Both the position numbers and the translations under genes were made by a program. Below the pieces are notes generated by a model. That model was given only the letters and a program-made list of their open reading frames with translations, was not told the origin of the DNA and ran no database searches. Positions 16,939 to 24,665 of a DNA stretch of 24,665 nt are shown here, piece by piece; the stretch's first letter is position 1; each line of letters opens with the position of its first letter. The DNA is from Bdellovibrionales bacterium (lineage in GTDB: Bacteria > Bdellovibrionota > Bdellovibrionia > Bdellovibrionales > UBA1609): contig JBFWVI010000044.1 in assembly GCA_050246815.1 (NCBI GenBank), positions 1 to 24,665 on the forward strand. The letters are read 5' to 3'.

Positions 16939-17339
16939 AGTCGTTTCTCTATTTCATGCTCACCGCTTTGTTGAGTTGGAGTCTGGCGGCGTGTGACGAG
17001 GACAACAAGAAAGTGCCACCGTCGAATAGTGGCAGCCGACCACCGCCGAGGACTCCTTTGAACTGTCAGCCTTTTCAAGATTTTGTCGTGGTCTACAACA
17101 GTATGCGGACTCAGGCGCCCAAACTGAGTCTTCACGGCAAACCGTCGGAACGTTTGGCCGTGGCGAGTTCATTGTTCACGGACTATGTAATGCGTTCGAA
17201 TATGGCCGCCAAATTAGATTCTTACGGGCCTGACGTTCAGGCTCAGTACTTAAGGTATTTCTATTGGATTTTTAATCGGGATGGCTTCGTGCGAACGAGG
17301 CCGGGCCATCCTTTAACTCAATTTTGTTCGAAGGAGTAA
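16935..17339 (+). CDS. Small lipoprotein C (lipobox LAA-C), Pro-rich linker, helical domain with two Cys
   Basis: ATGA overlap with the upstream gene; MKSFLYFMLTALLSWSLAAC; 134 aa. Confidence 0.75.
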   Translation: MKSFLYFMLTALLSWSLAACDEDNKKVPPSNSGSRPPPRTPLNCQPFQDFVVVYNSMRTQAPKLSLHGKPSERLAVASSLFTDYVMRSNMAAKLDSYGPDVQAQYLRYFYWIFNRDGFVRTRPGHPLTQFCSKE

Positions 17340-17342
17340 GGT

Positions 17343-18761
17343 ATGTTGATCTCAAGAATCAGCTCGACTTTGTTGATGTCACTGGCCGGCTATGCCTATG
17401 CCGGGGACACCGTGGCACCGGCCATGTTCACGGCTTGTCCACAGGCGAAAACTTTAAGAGCGCCAGCGGGCGGAGCAGGTGTTTATTTTAGCGCAGATTG
17501 CTCTGTTGCCTATGTTTTGCCCCCACGCTTAGGCCAGATCAACATTGCCCGGCCCACCCAGACAGCCAACGTGCGGGTTTGTGGCGCGGTCGAAAATGTT
17601 TTTAGTTCGATCGATGTCCAATCGCGTAAGGTTAATCAGCTGATTAAACAAATCGAAAGGGCTGAAAATGATGTGGAATTTTCAGGGCTGCAGGATCCAT
17701 GGATTTCGGCAGGGCCGAGCGTTCCGCCGCTGGACAATTTGAACCCCCAAATCGAGCGTTTGGAAGAATTGCGTGATAAAGCCACTGAGGCCACGCTGAA
17801 AGTATTGAAGTTCAACGAAGCTTTGGCAACCTACGAAGGCCCCAAGGTTCGCTTAACCGTGAATGCCGATCACGACTTGATGGTGCGCGAGTATCAGCGC
17901 TTGAATCCGAAGGTGGTTTTTCGACCGATGCCGATTGCAAAGTCGGTGCTGACCTTTGTTGGCAAAGTGACCAACAATATCGGCCGAGCACCAGCGGCGT
18001 TGTTTATGGATCTGGCAGGGGTGCGAGTGTCCACCGATCAATTCACCGGTATGAAGCCTGAGGACGAGTTGAACAGTCAATCTGCTATGGATTCGGCGAT
18101 TTTATTTTCATCGGCGGTTTCGGGCCAGTTGGTGTTGTCGCTGGTGGGCGCGTGTCCTTTTTATGACATGAAAAGCGGCCAATTTCCCGATGTGATTGAG
18201 GCTGCAAAAATGACCAGCTACATCGCTCCGGCGGTGGATTACATCTACAATGTGCAGGTCAATCGTAAGTACGAAGCAAGCTACAATCTGGCCGAGTTGC
18301 TTAAGCGTATCCAAAAGCAGTCGACCCGCGGTGGATTCTTCACGACCCGCACCTTGCACTCTTTGGTGGTTGAGCAATCTTCGCAAGGATGGTTCAAGTT
18401 TAAATCTTTGTCTGAAGATCCTCGTCACCAATGGGATGAGCAGTTGGCGCAAACAATCAAAGCGGGTTTGGTCGCACGGCTGTTGCAGCGCTTGAATGCT
18501 AAGCCAGTGGCGCCAGCAGACGTTCCCGGCCTGATCGCGCCAGGCAAAAACGGTGCGGACACAGCGTCATCAGCCATGAAGCAGTGCCCACACATCTATT
18601 GCCAGGCGGGTGCTTACATTTTACAGGGACTGTCTTCAGTCTTTGGCGGATCGGATGCGGTGTCCGAGTACATCAACACCCAAAACCATTGGGAAAAGGA
18701 AACGGTCGAAGAAAGCAAAATGGTCTCGCAAATGGGACAGGTTGGCTTTACCGAGGAGTGA
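17343..18761 (+). CDS. Secreted hypothetical protein D with coiled-coil insertion; paralog of 14550..15953
   Basis: 472 aa, AAGGAG RBS, signal peptide ending AYA; six Cys at positions equivalent to A. Confidence 0.8.
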   Translation: MLISRISSTLLMSLAGYAYAGDTVAPAMFTACPQAKTLRAPAGGAGVYFSADCSVAYVLPPRLGQINIARPTQTANVRVCGAVENVFSSIDVQSRKVNQLIKQIERAENDVEFSGLQDPWISAGPSVPPLDNLNPQIERLEELRDKATEATLKVLKFNEALATYEGPKVRLTVNADHDLMVREYQRLNPKVVFRPMPIAKSVLTFVGKVTNNIGRAPAALFMDLAGVRVSTDQFTGMKPEDELNSQSAMDSAILFSSAVSGQLVLSLVGACPFYDMKSGQFPDVIEAAKMTSYIAPAVDYIYNVQVNRKYEASYNLAELLKRIQKQSTRGGFFTTRTLHSLVVEQSSQGWFKFKSLSEDPRHQWDEQLAQTIKAGLVARLLQRLNAKPVAPADVPGLIAPGKNGADTASSAMKQCPHIYCQAGAYILQGLSSVFGGSDAVSEYINTQNHWEKETVEESKMVSQMGQVGFTEE

Positions 18762-18763
18762 AT

Positions 18764-19354
18764 ATGAAATTAGGTGTGGGGATTTTGATTTTTTTCATGA
18801 GTGGTGTGGCTTGGGGTGTGTCCTCGCAAGATGACGCCCTGCTCACTATGCAAGATTCAGCGGGACAATCTTGGGTTGTGCAAACGCGGCTTGAATATAT
18901 TGAGGACGGTCCTGATCAGCTGCTTTGCCGATTTGTCGAGAATAAACTTCTGCATGCACAAAGAGTTGAGCGGCAGATTGAAGCCCTGCGAGAAAAGCTC
19001 TTGCGGTCTGGAGGTAAGCTGAGCGGACCAGATCTGACAGAGATGCAAAATCTTGAACAGCGCAGGCAAAATGCCTACGAATTTTTGGCAAAGCCGGCCC
19101 CATTGATGGCGGCGCGTTGGCGCTTGCCCGAACTATCAGGGGAGCTATTGCAGCGTCTAGAGCAGGAAAAAGTGAAAATGGAACTCACCAGTTATGCCCT
19201 TCTTTGGCGGGGGCAAGGAGATTCATTCTTGATGCCGCAGGGCGCGGCGGTCATGTCATTCACCAAAAGCGATAAAGTTTTAACCTTAATTCTGATGGGG
19301 TCGGTGGCGAGCTATTGTTCAAGGCGGCCAACTCTTCTGCAGATTATCTTTTAA
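18764..19354 (+). CDS. Secreted hypothetical protein E, probable short paralog of the N-terminal half of A/D
   Basis: ATG 18764 with GAGGAG RBS, 2 nt after the D stop; signal peptide MKLGVGILIFFMSGVAWG. A Cys followed by a coiled coil (LLCRFVENKLLHAQRVERQIEALREKL) and a second Cys in VLTLILMGSVASYC; 196 aa. Confidence 0.7.
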   Translation: MKLGVGILIFFMSGVAWGVSSQDDALLTMQDSAGQSWVVQTRLEYIEDGPDQLLCRFVENKLLHAQRVERQIEALREKLLRSGGKLSGPDLTEMQNLEQRRQNAYEFLAKPAPLMAARWRLPELSGELLQRLEQEKVKMELTSYALLWRGQGDSFLMPQGAAVMSFTKSDKVLTLILMGSVASYCSRRPTLLQIIF

Positions 19355-19508
19355 CAATTTTAGTTGAGTAGAGGTTTTTAGAATCAATCCAAAATGGCGA
19401 CGACTATATAGAATATGCCAGCAACTAAATAAACAGAATGTTGTCATTGCGCCACGAATCTAAAATGACTATTTTAAGTCCATAAACTTTTATAAAGATT
19501 TAACAAGA

Positions 19509-21041
19509 GTGATAAACCAAGAAGACGCTGAGCAAACGTTCAAAATGGCTATTGACGAAATGATCGAGGGCCTGCAGATCATTGATCGCGATTGGCGCTA
19601 TGTTTACGTCAACGCGGCTGTTGCAAAGCAGGGGCGTAAAAGTAAGTCAGAACTGATCGGCCGCACGATGATGGAGTGCTATCCGGGGATTGAAAACACG
19701 CCCGCATTCAAGGACTTTCAATATGTGATGAAAGGCGGCGAAACCCGTCGTTTAGAAAATGAATTCGTTTTTGAGGATGGAAAAAAATGTTGGTTTGAAC
19801 TCTATATCGAAGGTCATACCAACGGCATCTTGATTCGCTCGATCGACATTTCAGAGAAAAAAATTTTGGAGGAGCAATTTCGTCAAGCTCAGAAAATGGA
19901 GGCGATCGGTCAACTGGCCGGAGGCATCGCCCACGACTTCAATAACCAATTGGCGATTATGTTGGCCTATTGTGAATTGGCCTTGAAGAACTGCGGGCAG
20001 ACAAACCCAAAGACAGCTGGCAATATTGAAAAGATTCTAAAAGCGGTAAAAAAATCCGCGAGCTTAACCAAACAGTTATTGGCGTTCGGGCGACGCCAAG
20101 TTTTAGATATAAAGGTTGTCAACCTGAACACGGTGCTGAGTGAATCGCACCAAAGTTTGGTAAAATTGTTGGGTGAAAATATCAATTTAATTTGCCACTT
20201 TGCACCGGATCTTTCGAATGTGAATGTAGATCCTTTTCAGTTAGAGCAGGTTTTTTTAAATTTGTGCCTCAATGCACGTGATGCCATGCCTTCTGGTGGC
20301 ACGCTGACGGTCGAAACTGCTAATGTCACCTTGGATGAAGAGTACTGCAAAAGGCATATGCGTGTAACGCCGGGCAATTACGCCATGTTGGCCATCACCG
20401 ACACAGGCCAAGGGATGGATCGTGAAACGATGGCGCGGATTTTTGAGCCATTTTTTACGACCAAACAAAGGGGGCATGGAACGGGTTTGGGGTTGGCCAT
20501 GGTGCATGGCTTTGTCAACCAATCCAATGGGATGATTTGGGCCTATAGCGAACCGAACGCCGGCAGCACATTTAAAGTTTATTTGCCGGTCACAAGCGCA
20601 GACGCCAGTCTGTCCCAGCCCAGCAAAGAGAATGGGGAAACCCTTTTTGAAGGCAATGAACATATCTTGCTGGTTGAAGATGATCCAATGTTACGAGAGG
20701 TTTACGAGACCACTTTGCGTACAGCAGGGTACACGGTTTATTCAGCTGGTACTGGACAAGAGGCTGAAGAGGTTTATTTTCAGCACAAAAGCACGATCCA
20801 TATCGTGCTGACTGATTTGATGCTTCCAGATTTGAACGGGCGTGAGTTGGTGGAGAAGTTGAAAAAGCAGACACCCGCTTTGAAAGTGATCTATATGTCG
20901 GGGTATACTGAAAATACGATTGTGCACAAAGGCATTTTGGATACAGAGTCGGTGCTGCTGCAAAAGCCCATCACCCTTCAGAATCTTCTGGAAACTCTAC
21001 GCCGCGTGTTGGATGGCAAGTTGAGAAAAGGGCTGATCTGA
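19509..21041 (+). CDS. Cytoplasmic PAS-domain hybrid sensor histidine kinase / response regulator (PAS-HisKA-HATPase-REC)
   Basis: H-box QAQKMEAIGQLAGGIAHDFNN, N-box QVFLNLCLNARDAM, DTGQGM, FEPFFTTK and GTGLGL. Receiver domain ILLVEDD...LTDLMLP...MSGY...LQKP. Confidence 0.95.
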   Translation: MINQEDAEQTFKMAIDEMIEGLQIIDRDWRYVYVNAAVAKQGRKSKSELIGRTMMECYPGIENTPAFKDFQYVMKGGETRRLENEFVFEDGKKCWFELYIEGHTNGILIRSIDISEKKILEEQFRQAQKMEAIGQLAGGIAHDFNNQLAIMLAYCELALKNCGQTNPKTAGNIEKILKAVKKSASLTKQLLAFGRRQVLDIKVVNLNTVLSESHQSLVKLLGENINLICHFAPDLSNVNVDPFQLEQVFLNLCLNARDAMPSGGTLTVETANVTLDEEYCKRHMRVTPGNYAMLAITDTGQGMDRETMARIFEPFFTTKQRGHGTGLGLAMVHGFVNQSNGMIWAYSEPNAGSTFKVYLPVTSADASLSQPSKENGETLFEGNEHILLVEDDPMLREVYETTLRTAGYTVYSAGTGQEAEEVYFQHKSTIHIVLTDLMLPDLNGRELVEKLKKQTPALKVIYMSGYTENTIVHKGILDTESVLLQKPITLQNLLETLRRVLDGKLRKGLI

Positions 21042-21108
21042 AAGCGGTATCTAGGCCGGATTGGCACCGACGCACCAATATCTTTTTTGAAGATGAGAAA
21101 AGTAAGGT

Positions 21109-22479
21109 TTAGGTCGTGAATATTTTCGCCGTGACCTGGCGGCGAAAATCAAAAATAGCCTTTACGTCGCTTTTGACCAGCGAAACGGCCGCCAGCCAGC
21201 CCATATAGCCCAGGGGCAGAACATAGCGCACTCGATCGGTCATCAGCGTTCCGGGGCCTAGTTTTTCAAAGGTGTGGGTGTGATGCCAAAGCCGGTAAGG
21301 GCCTTTCAGGCTGGTGTCGACAAAATCATGCGGTGGATTCCAGGTTTCGATCTTGGTGCGCCAATGGGCGGGGATCCCGCGAATTTTTAGTTTGTAGTCG
21401 ATCAAGGTGTCTTTTTGGATTTTTTCCGTGGTCATGCCGATCACTTTGAAATTCAAAATATCGGGGGTGATGCTTTCAAGATTTTCTGCGCGCGAGAAAA
21501 ATCTAAAAACCTCTTCGGGCGGTTGGGGCAGATACTGTTTAGTGACAAAGAATTCTTCACCTTGGCGTTGCGCGGCCAGGATATTTTTAAAAGCTGCACT
21601 GAGGTCGGGGAATTGAAAAACAAAGCCCGACTGCAGAGCTTTTTGCGGAAGAGCCTTCTGTGATGCCAGTAAAACCTGGGCCATTTCACCAAATAAGATT
21701 TTAAGAGCTGGCCCGGGTATCGACGGACCTAGCCAGCGCCGCACGGATTGGGCAAGAAGTTTTGAAAAATCACGGTTGATTTCGGGTTTGGGGGCAACCG
21801 CGTTGACGGCACCGCTCATGCTGGCGTTGTTGAGGGCGTGCATGAACAGGCTGACTAAATCCTGGATGTGAATCCAGCTCATCCACTGTCGTCCGTTACC
21901 CAGGGCTCCGCCAAACCCTGCTTGAAAGGGGGGCAGCATTTTTTCTAAGGCACCACCCTGTGCAGACAAAACCAGGCCGATACGCATTTTGACGATTCGC
22001 GTGTTTTGAAATTTGGCATGGATTTGATCGACCGCATTCTCCCAAGCCACGCACACTCCGGCCAAAAAATCGCGGCCGGGAGCGGAATCTTCTGCGAGTT
22101 CTTCTTCTTTGCGGTCACCGTAAAACCCCACAGCGGAGGCAGACAAGAAAGCTTTGGGCGCCTGGGTCAGCGAGGCGATTAAATGCTGGGTGCTTTTCAC
22201 TCGCGAATCCAAGATTTTATTTTTTTGCGCCTTGGACCACCTTTTTTCTGCGACACTTTCGCCAAGCAAATGGATGACGACCTCCACTTGGCTCAAACGC
22301 GAGTCTTGGATGGGGCCAGAACTTAAATCGCCCTCGATGACCTGGCAAGGAAACGGCGCCTGGTGTTCGGCCTTTTGTCGATCGCGTGAAATCAAAAGCA
22401 CTTGGTGGCCCTGCTTCGTTAATTCGATGCCGAGTTCTTTGCCGATAAGTCCCGTCGCGCCCGTCATTAAAATCTTCAT
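21109..22479 (-). CDS. TIGR01777 / YfcH-like NAD-dependent epimerase family protein (DUF1731) fused to C-terminal SRPBCC domain
   Basis: Start ATG 22479: MKILMTGATGLIG, SASAVGFYG, RIGLVLS..GGAL, GNGRQWMSWIHIQD. C-terminal PPEEVFRFFSRAENLESITP, FVDTSLKGPYRLWHHTHTF and IFDFR are SRPBCC motifs. Confidence 0.9.
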   Translation of the reverse strand: MKILMTGATGLIGKELGIELTKQGHQVLLISRDRQKAEHQAPFPCQVIEGDLSSGPIQDSRLSQVEVVIHLLGESVAEKRWSKAQKNKILDSRVKSTQHLIASLTQAPKAFLSASAVGFYGDRKEEELAEDSAPGRDFLAGVCVAWENAVDQIHAKFQNTRIVKMRIGLVLSAQGGALEKMLPPFQAGFGGALGNGRQWMSWIHIQDLVSLFMHALNNASMSGAVNAVAPKPEINRDFSKLLAQSVRRWLGPSIPGPALKILFGEMAQVLLASQKALPQKALQSGFVFQFPDLSAAFKNILAAQRQGEEFFVTKQYLPQPPEEVFRFFSRAENLESITPDILNFKVIGMTTEKIQKDTLIDYKLKIRGIPAHWRTKIETWNPPHDFVDTSLKGPYRLWHHTHTFEKLGPGTLMTDRVRYVLPLGYMGWLAAVSLVKSDVKAIFDFRRQVTAKIFTT

Positions 22480-22589
22480 ATTGCGTATGGTAGCCTGGCC
22501 CTTAGACATAAGTCCAGTATTCCCGGCGCAAGGTGGCTGGTCTGGCGCCCTTGTCATAAGCTACCTGAGCAGCAGACACGGAGGTTTGC

Positions 22590-23444
22590 ATGAAGCGGTA
22601 TTTACTAGGATGCTTATTTTTGTTTTCAGCAGTCGGTGAAGCGCGTCCGCTGCCGACCATTGAGCAGGCGCAGCTGCGCCAACAAATGCTTTCTCAACCT
22701 CGGATGGCCAGCGGTTTCGACTTTGAAGGCGTCGTTGGATTATCAAATTGCTCTGGCTCTATTGTGAGGTTTAGCCACAGCCGGCCGCAAGACCGCGCCA
22801 TGGTTTTGACCAATGGCCATTGCATTGGTCGTTTTCCGGCCCCAGGACGGGCCGTGGTGGGTGTTGCCTCCAGTCGCGAATTCACCGTGCTGAGTCGCGA
22901 TGGTTTGCACACAATAGGGCGGATCAGGGCGGACTTGTTGATGTACGCCACCATGACTAAAACCGATATGGCTCTTTACCGTCTGACCTCGACTTATGCC
23001 GATATTGAGCAGCACTTTGATGTAAGGGCTCTCACCCTGACGGAAGCCGGGCCTGACATCGGCTTGGGCATTCAGGTGCTGTCGGGCTATTGGCAGCGCG
23101 GCTACTCGTGCCAAGTCGAAAAAATCGTGTATCAACTGAAAGAGGGCGATTGGACCAACGAGGAATCAATTCGTTATAGTCGCCCCGGTTGTGAAGTGAT
23201 CGGCGGGACTTCCGGCTCGCCCGTGGTGGATCCGTTGAATCGCACGGTGGTCGGTGTGAACAACACCGGCAATGAAAGTGGTGACGGGTGCACCGAAAAC
23301 AATCCTTGCGAGATTGATGAGGCCGGCAATATTGAATATCAAATGGGTTGGTCTTATGCGCAGCAAACGGCTTGGATCTATTCTTGCGTGAATTCGCTTG
23401 GCGAAATGGATTTGGCGCGCACGGACTGCCGTCTACCGCACTAG
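22590..23444 (+). CDS. Secreted trypsin-like (S1) serine protease
   Basis: GGAGG RBS and signal peptide; catalytic-triad motifs LTNGHC, TDMALY and GGTSGSP. Confidence 0.9.
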   Translation: MKRYLLGCLFLFSAVGEARPLPTIEQAQLRQQMLSQPRMASGFDFEGVVGLSNCSGSIVRFSHSRPQDRAMVLTNGHCIGRFPAPGRAVVGVASSREFTVLSRDGLHTIGRIRADLLMYATMTKTDMALYRLTSTYADIEQHFDVRALTLTEAGPDIGLGIQVLSGYWQRGYSCQVEKIVYQLKEGDWTNEESIRYSRPGCEVIGGTSGSPVVDPLNRTVVGVNNTGNESGDGCTENNPCEIDEAGNIEYQMGWSYAQQTAWIYSCVNSLGEMDLARTDCRLPH

Positions 23445-24188
23445 AGGCGATTGATCTAAAACACCCAATTCCAGCTCCAGGCTCTTGGCGAAAGCCTGCC
23501 AAACCATTTTGGCGCGGCGGCTTTGCCCCTCGGTCAACTCCCAAACTTTTAAGTCGTGGGGAATTTCCGCAATGAAAGTGCTGATCGGTTTTGTCAGATT
23601 GAGCTCGTAAGGGTAACGTCGCTCGATTTCGGCCACGATATCTTCAAGCGCCACTTTTTCACGAACACGGGTTTGCACTAGATCCACCACGGCTTGATTT
23701 TCTTGAATCCGCCTTTGCCAGTAGTGCAGGCGATCCTTGATCAATTGGCGACGTTCTTTGACCATGGCCTTACCGTCTAAAATTTTTTCGACCTCGATGC
23801 GCTGAGGAAGAGGCAAACTTGAGCCCTCTTTTTCAATCAGCTGCAAGAGTCGCTCGCGATAGGCCTGCAAAATAAAAGACAAAAACCAATAAGTTGAAAA
23901 TTCGCTGTGCAAAGCGGTCTGTCGTAAAGATTCCAGGATCCCAACCAGTCCGGCGCGAGTGAGGCGATAGCGGGGAGCACCTTTACGGCTCAAAGGCTTC
24001 AGCCAGCCCAATCCGGCAAGCTCACGAAGTCGGCGTAAAATTTGAGTGTTATGGAGCGGTGGCTTTTGCCCTCGTTCATCCGCAGCCCAGCGCCAACTGG
24101 CCAGCAGTTCCAACATAAAGCGCACGTCCTTTTGGCGCAGTCCCTTTTCTTCAAGCTGAACATGAGTCGCCAAGACGGCCGTATTCAT
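23433..24188 (-). CDS. Winged-helix (PadR-like) DNA-binding protein with C-terminal coiled-coil/helical region
   Basis: LHNTQILRRLRELAGLGWLKPLSRKGAPRYRLTRAGL is a wHTH helix-wing motif. The start is uncertain (ATG 24188 or 24203). Its 3' end overlaps the protease 3' end by 12 nt. Confidence 0.65.
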   Translation of the reverse strand: MNTAVLATHVQLEEKGLRQKDVRFMLELLASWRWAADERGQKPPLHNTQILRRLRELAGLGWLKPLSRKGAPRYRLTRAGLVGILESLRQTALHSEFSTYWFLSFILQAYRERLLQLIEKEGSSLPLPQRIEVEKILDGKAMVKERRQLIKDRLHYWQRRIQENQAVVDLVQTRVREKVALEDIVAEIERRYPYELNLTKPISTFIAEIPHDLKVWELTEGQSRRAKMVWQAFAKSLELELGVLDQSPLVR

Positions 24189-24205
24189 CCACCAAGCTTC
24201 CATAA

Positions 24206-24220
24206 TTACAATTGTAACAA
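24206..24220. promoter_or_regulatory. Operator-like palindrome TTACAATTGTAA(CAA), copy 1
   Basis: Perfect 12-bp palindrome immediately upstream of the wHTH gene; near-identical copy at 24321. Confidence 0.55.
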
Positions 24221-24320
24221 AATTTAGAAGTAAAATCAAAAATCATCAAATGGCATATAATAGATTTAAAGTGCAGAATTAGACTTAATTTACCCTAATA
24301 TAAAGCTGATTATTTTAAAG

Positions 24321-24335
24321 TTACATTTGTAACAA
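24321..24335. promoter_or_regulatory. Operator-like palindrome TTACATTTGTAA(CAA), copy 2
   Basis: 14/15 identical to copy 1, 115 nt away. Confidence 0.55.
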
Positions 24336-24429
24336 TAATTGAGCGGACAAAAAGAATGCTTTTTGGCATATTCATAAGCGCACCAGGGACGATCGGGGGA
24401 TCAAGTTCGATGGTGTCTCTATCTCACGA

Positions 24430-24472
24430 GGGGATCCTACCGCATGTTGGGGAAAGCGCCGGTAGGATCCCC
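24430..24472. terminator. Strong hairpin (13-bp perfect stem), probable terminator or REP-like element
   Basis: GGGGATCCTACCG (24430-24442) pairs with CGGTAGGATCCCC (24460-24472) around a 17-nt loop; downstream of the minus-strand four-helix-bundle gene. Confidence 0.5.
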
Positions 24473-24527
24473 GCTCCTTTTCAATATCTTGAGAACAGAG
24501 TTCGGATGCTGAGGTCCTTGAGGACCG

Positions 24528-24665
24528 TCACCGAGACTGTTGGCGGAGACTTTGGCAGAGACGGAAGACGTGGGCGCCTAAGACGTCAGCTGCTTTTTTT
24601 AGTCCTTCTAGGTTGTAGAGATCGATGATGGCTTGCGCTTCGCGCAAGCTGCCCATTGCGATTTG
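24528..24665 (-). CDS. Four helix bundle protein (23S rRNA intervening-sequence / S23-like family), 3' part only, truncated by the window edge
   Basis: Not in the ORF track. The minus frame reads QIAMGSLREAQAIIDLYNLEGLKKAADVLGAHVFRLCQSLRQQSR*; IAxGSxxE is the family's C-terminal motif. Confidence 0.75.
   Translation of the reverse strand, partial: QIAMGSLREAQAIIDLYNLEGLKKAADVLGAHVFRLCQSLRQQSR

Noticed and set aside
6862..22557. Longer ORF-track starts (6930, 9889, 11337, 14362, 15946, 18584, 22557; also 3364 and 24239 outside this span)
   Set aside because: They overlap neighbouring genes or lack an RBS. Internal ATGs with an RBS, a signal peptide or a family-typical N-terminus fit better.
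24251..24380. TGGCAT sequences as sigma-54 promoters
   Set aside because: No GC at the required 12-nt spacing (off by one at 24365; absent at 24252).
24356..24628. 90-aa plus-strand ORF
   Set aside because: It runs through a strong hairpin, lies antisense to the recognisable four-helix-bundle gene, and has no protein-like features.
24528..24665. Four-helix-bundle protein as the Avd of a diversity-generating retroelement
   Set aside because: No reverse transcriptase or template/variable repeat pair seen in the window; stand-alone members of this family are common.
1..24665. CRISPR array, tRNA/rRNA genes and the many antisense shadow ORFs
   Set aside because: No regularly spaced direct repeats or structural RNA signatures seen; the shadow ORFs lie opposite or within well-supported genes and lack motifs.

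Overview
Bacterial accessory region, probably Bdellovibrionota. That assignment is inferred from protein styles (an F/Y-x-N-C lipoprotein, a TPR-wHTH regulator, a short four-helix-bundle protein) and is not proven. The window has three blocks. (1) 1-13.8 kb is a mosaic island of carbohydrate-active or carbohydrate-binding-type genes with unrelated folds: DUF4038/apiosidase-like, beta-helix, polysaccharide-lyase-like jelly roll, PcRGLX/YetA-like, two beta-propellers and a PL1 pectate lyase. It also holds a LamG lipoprotein, a TPR-winged-helix regulator and IS scars. Seven of these unrelated proteins start with the same 12-residue tag, x-[KT]-[ILF]-[KIT]-S-x-[PRA]-[VAT]-[TKR]-I-x-[VI], in exact register with the predicted mature N-terminus. 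A palindrome RTYTCA-N3-TGARAY recurs in the island's promoter regions. (2) 14.5-19.4 kb is a tightly coupled five-gene operon of secreted unknown proteins behind a sigma-54-type promoter. It comprises two full-length Cys-conserved paralogs, two probable partial paralogs and a lipoprotein, and is a candidate hetero-oligomeric membrane-attacking complex. (3) 19.5-24.7 kb holds more ordinary genes: a PAS hybrid histidine kinase, a TIGR01777 epimerase-SRPBCC fusion, a trypsin-like protease, a wHTH regulator with twin palindromic operators, and the 3' end of a four-helix-bundle gene. No rRNA, tRNA or CRISPR array was seen. All family calls come from recognising motifs by eye, not from database searches.
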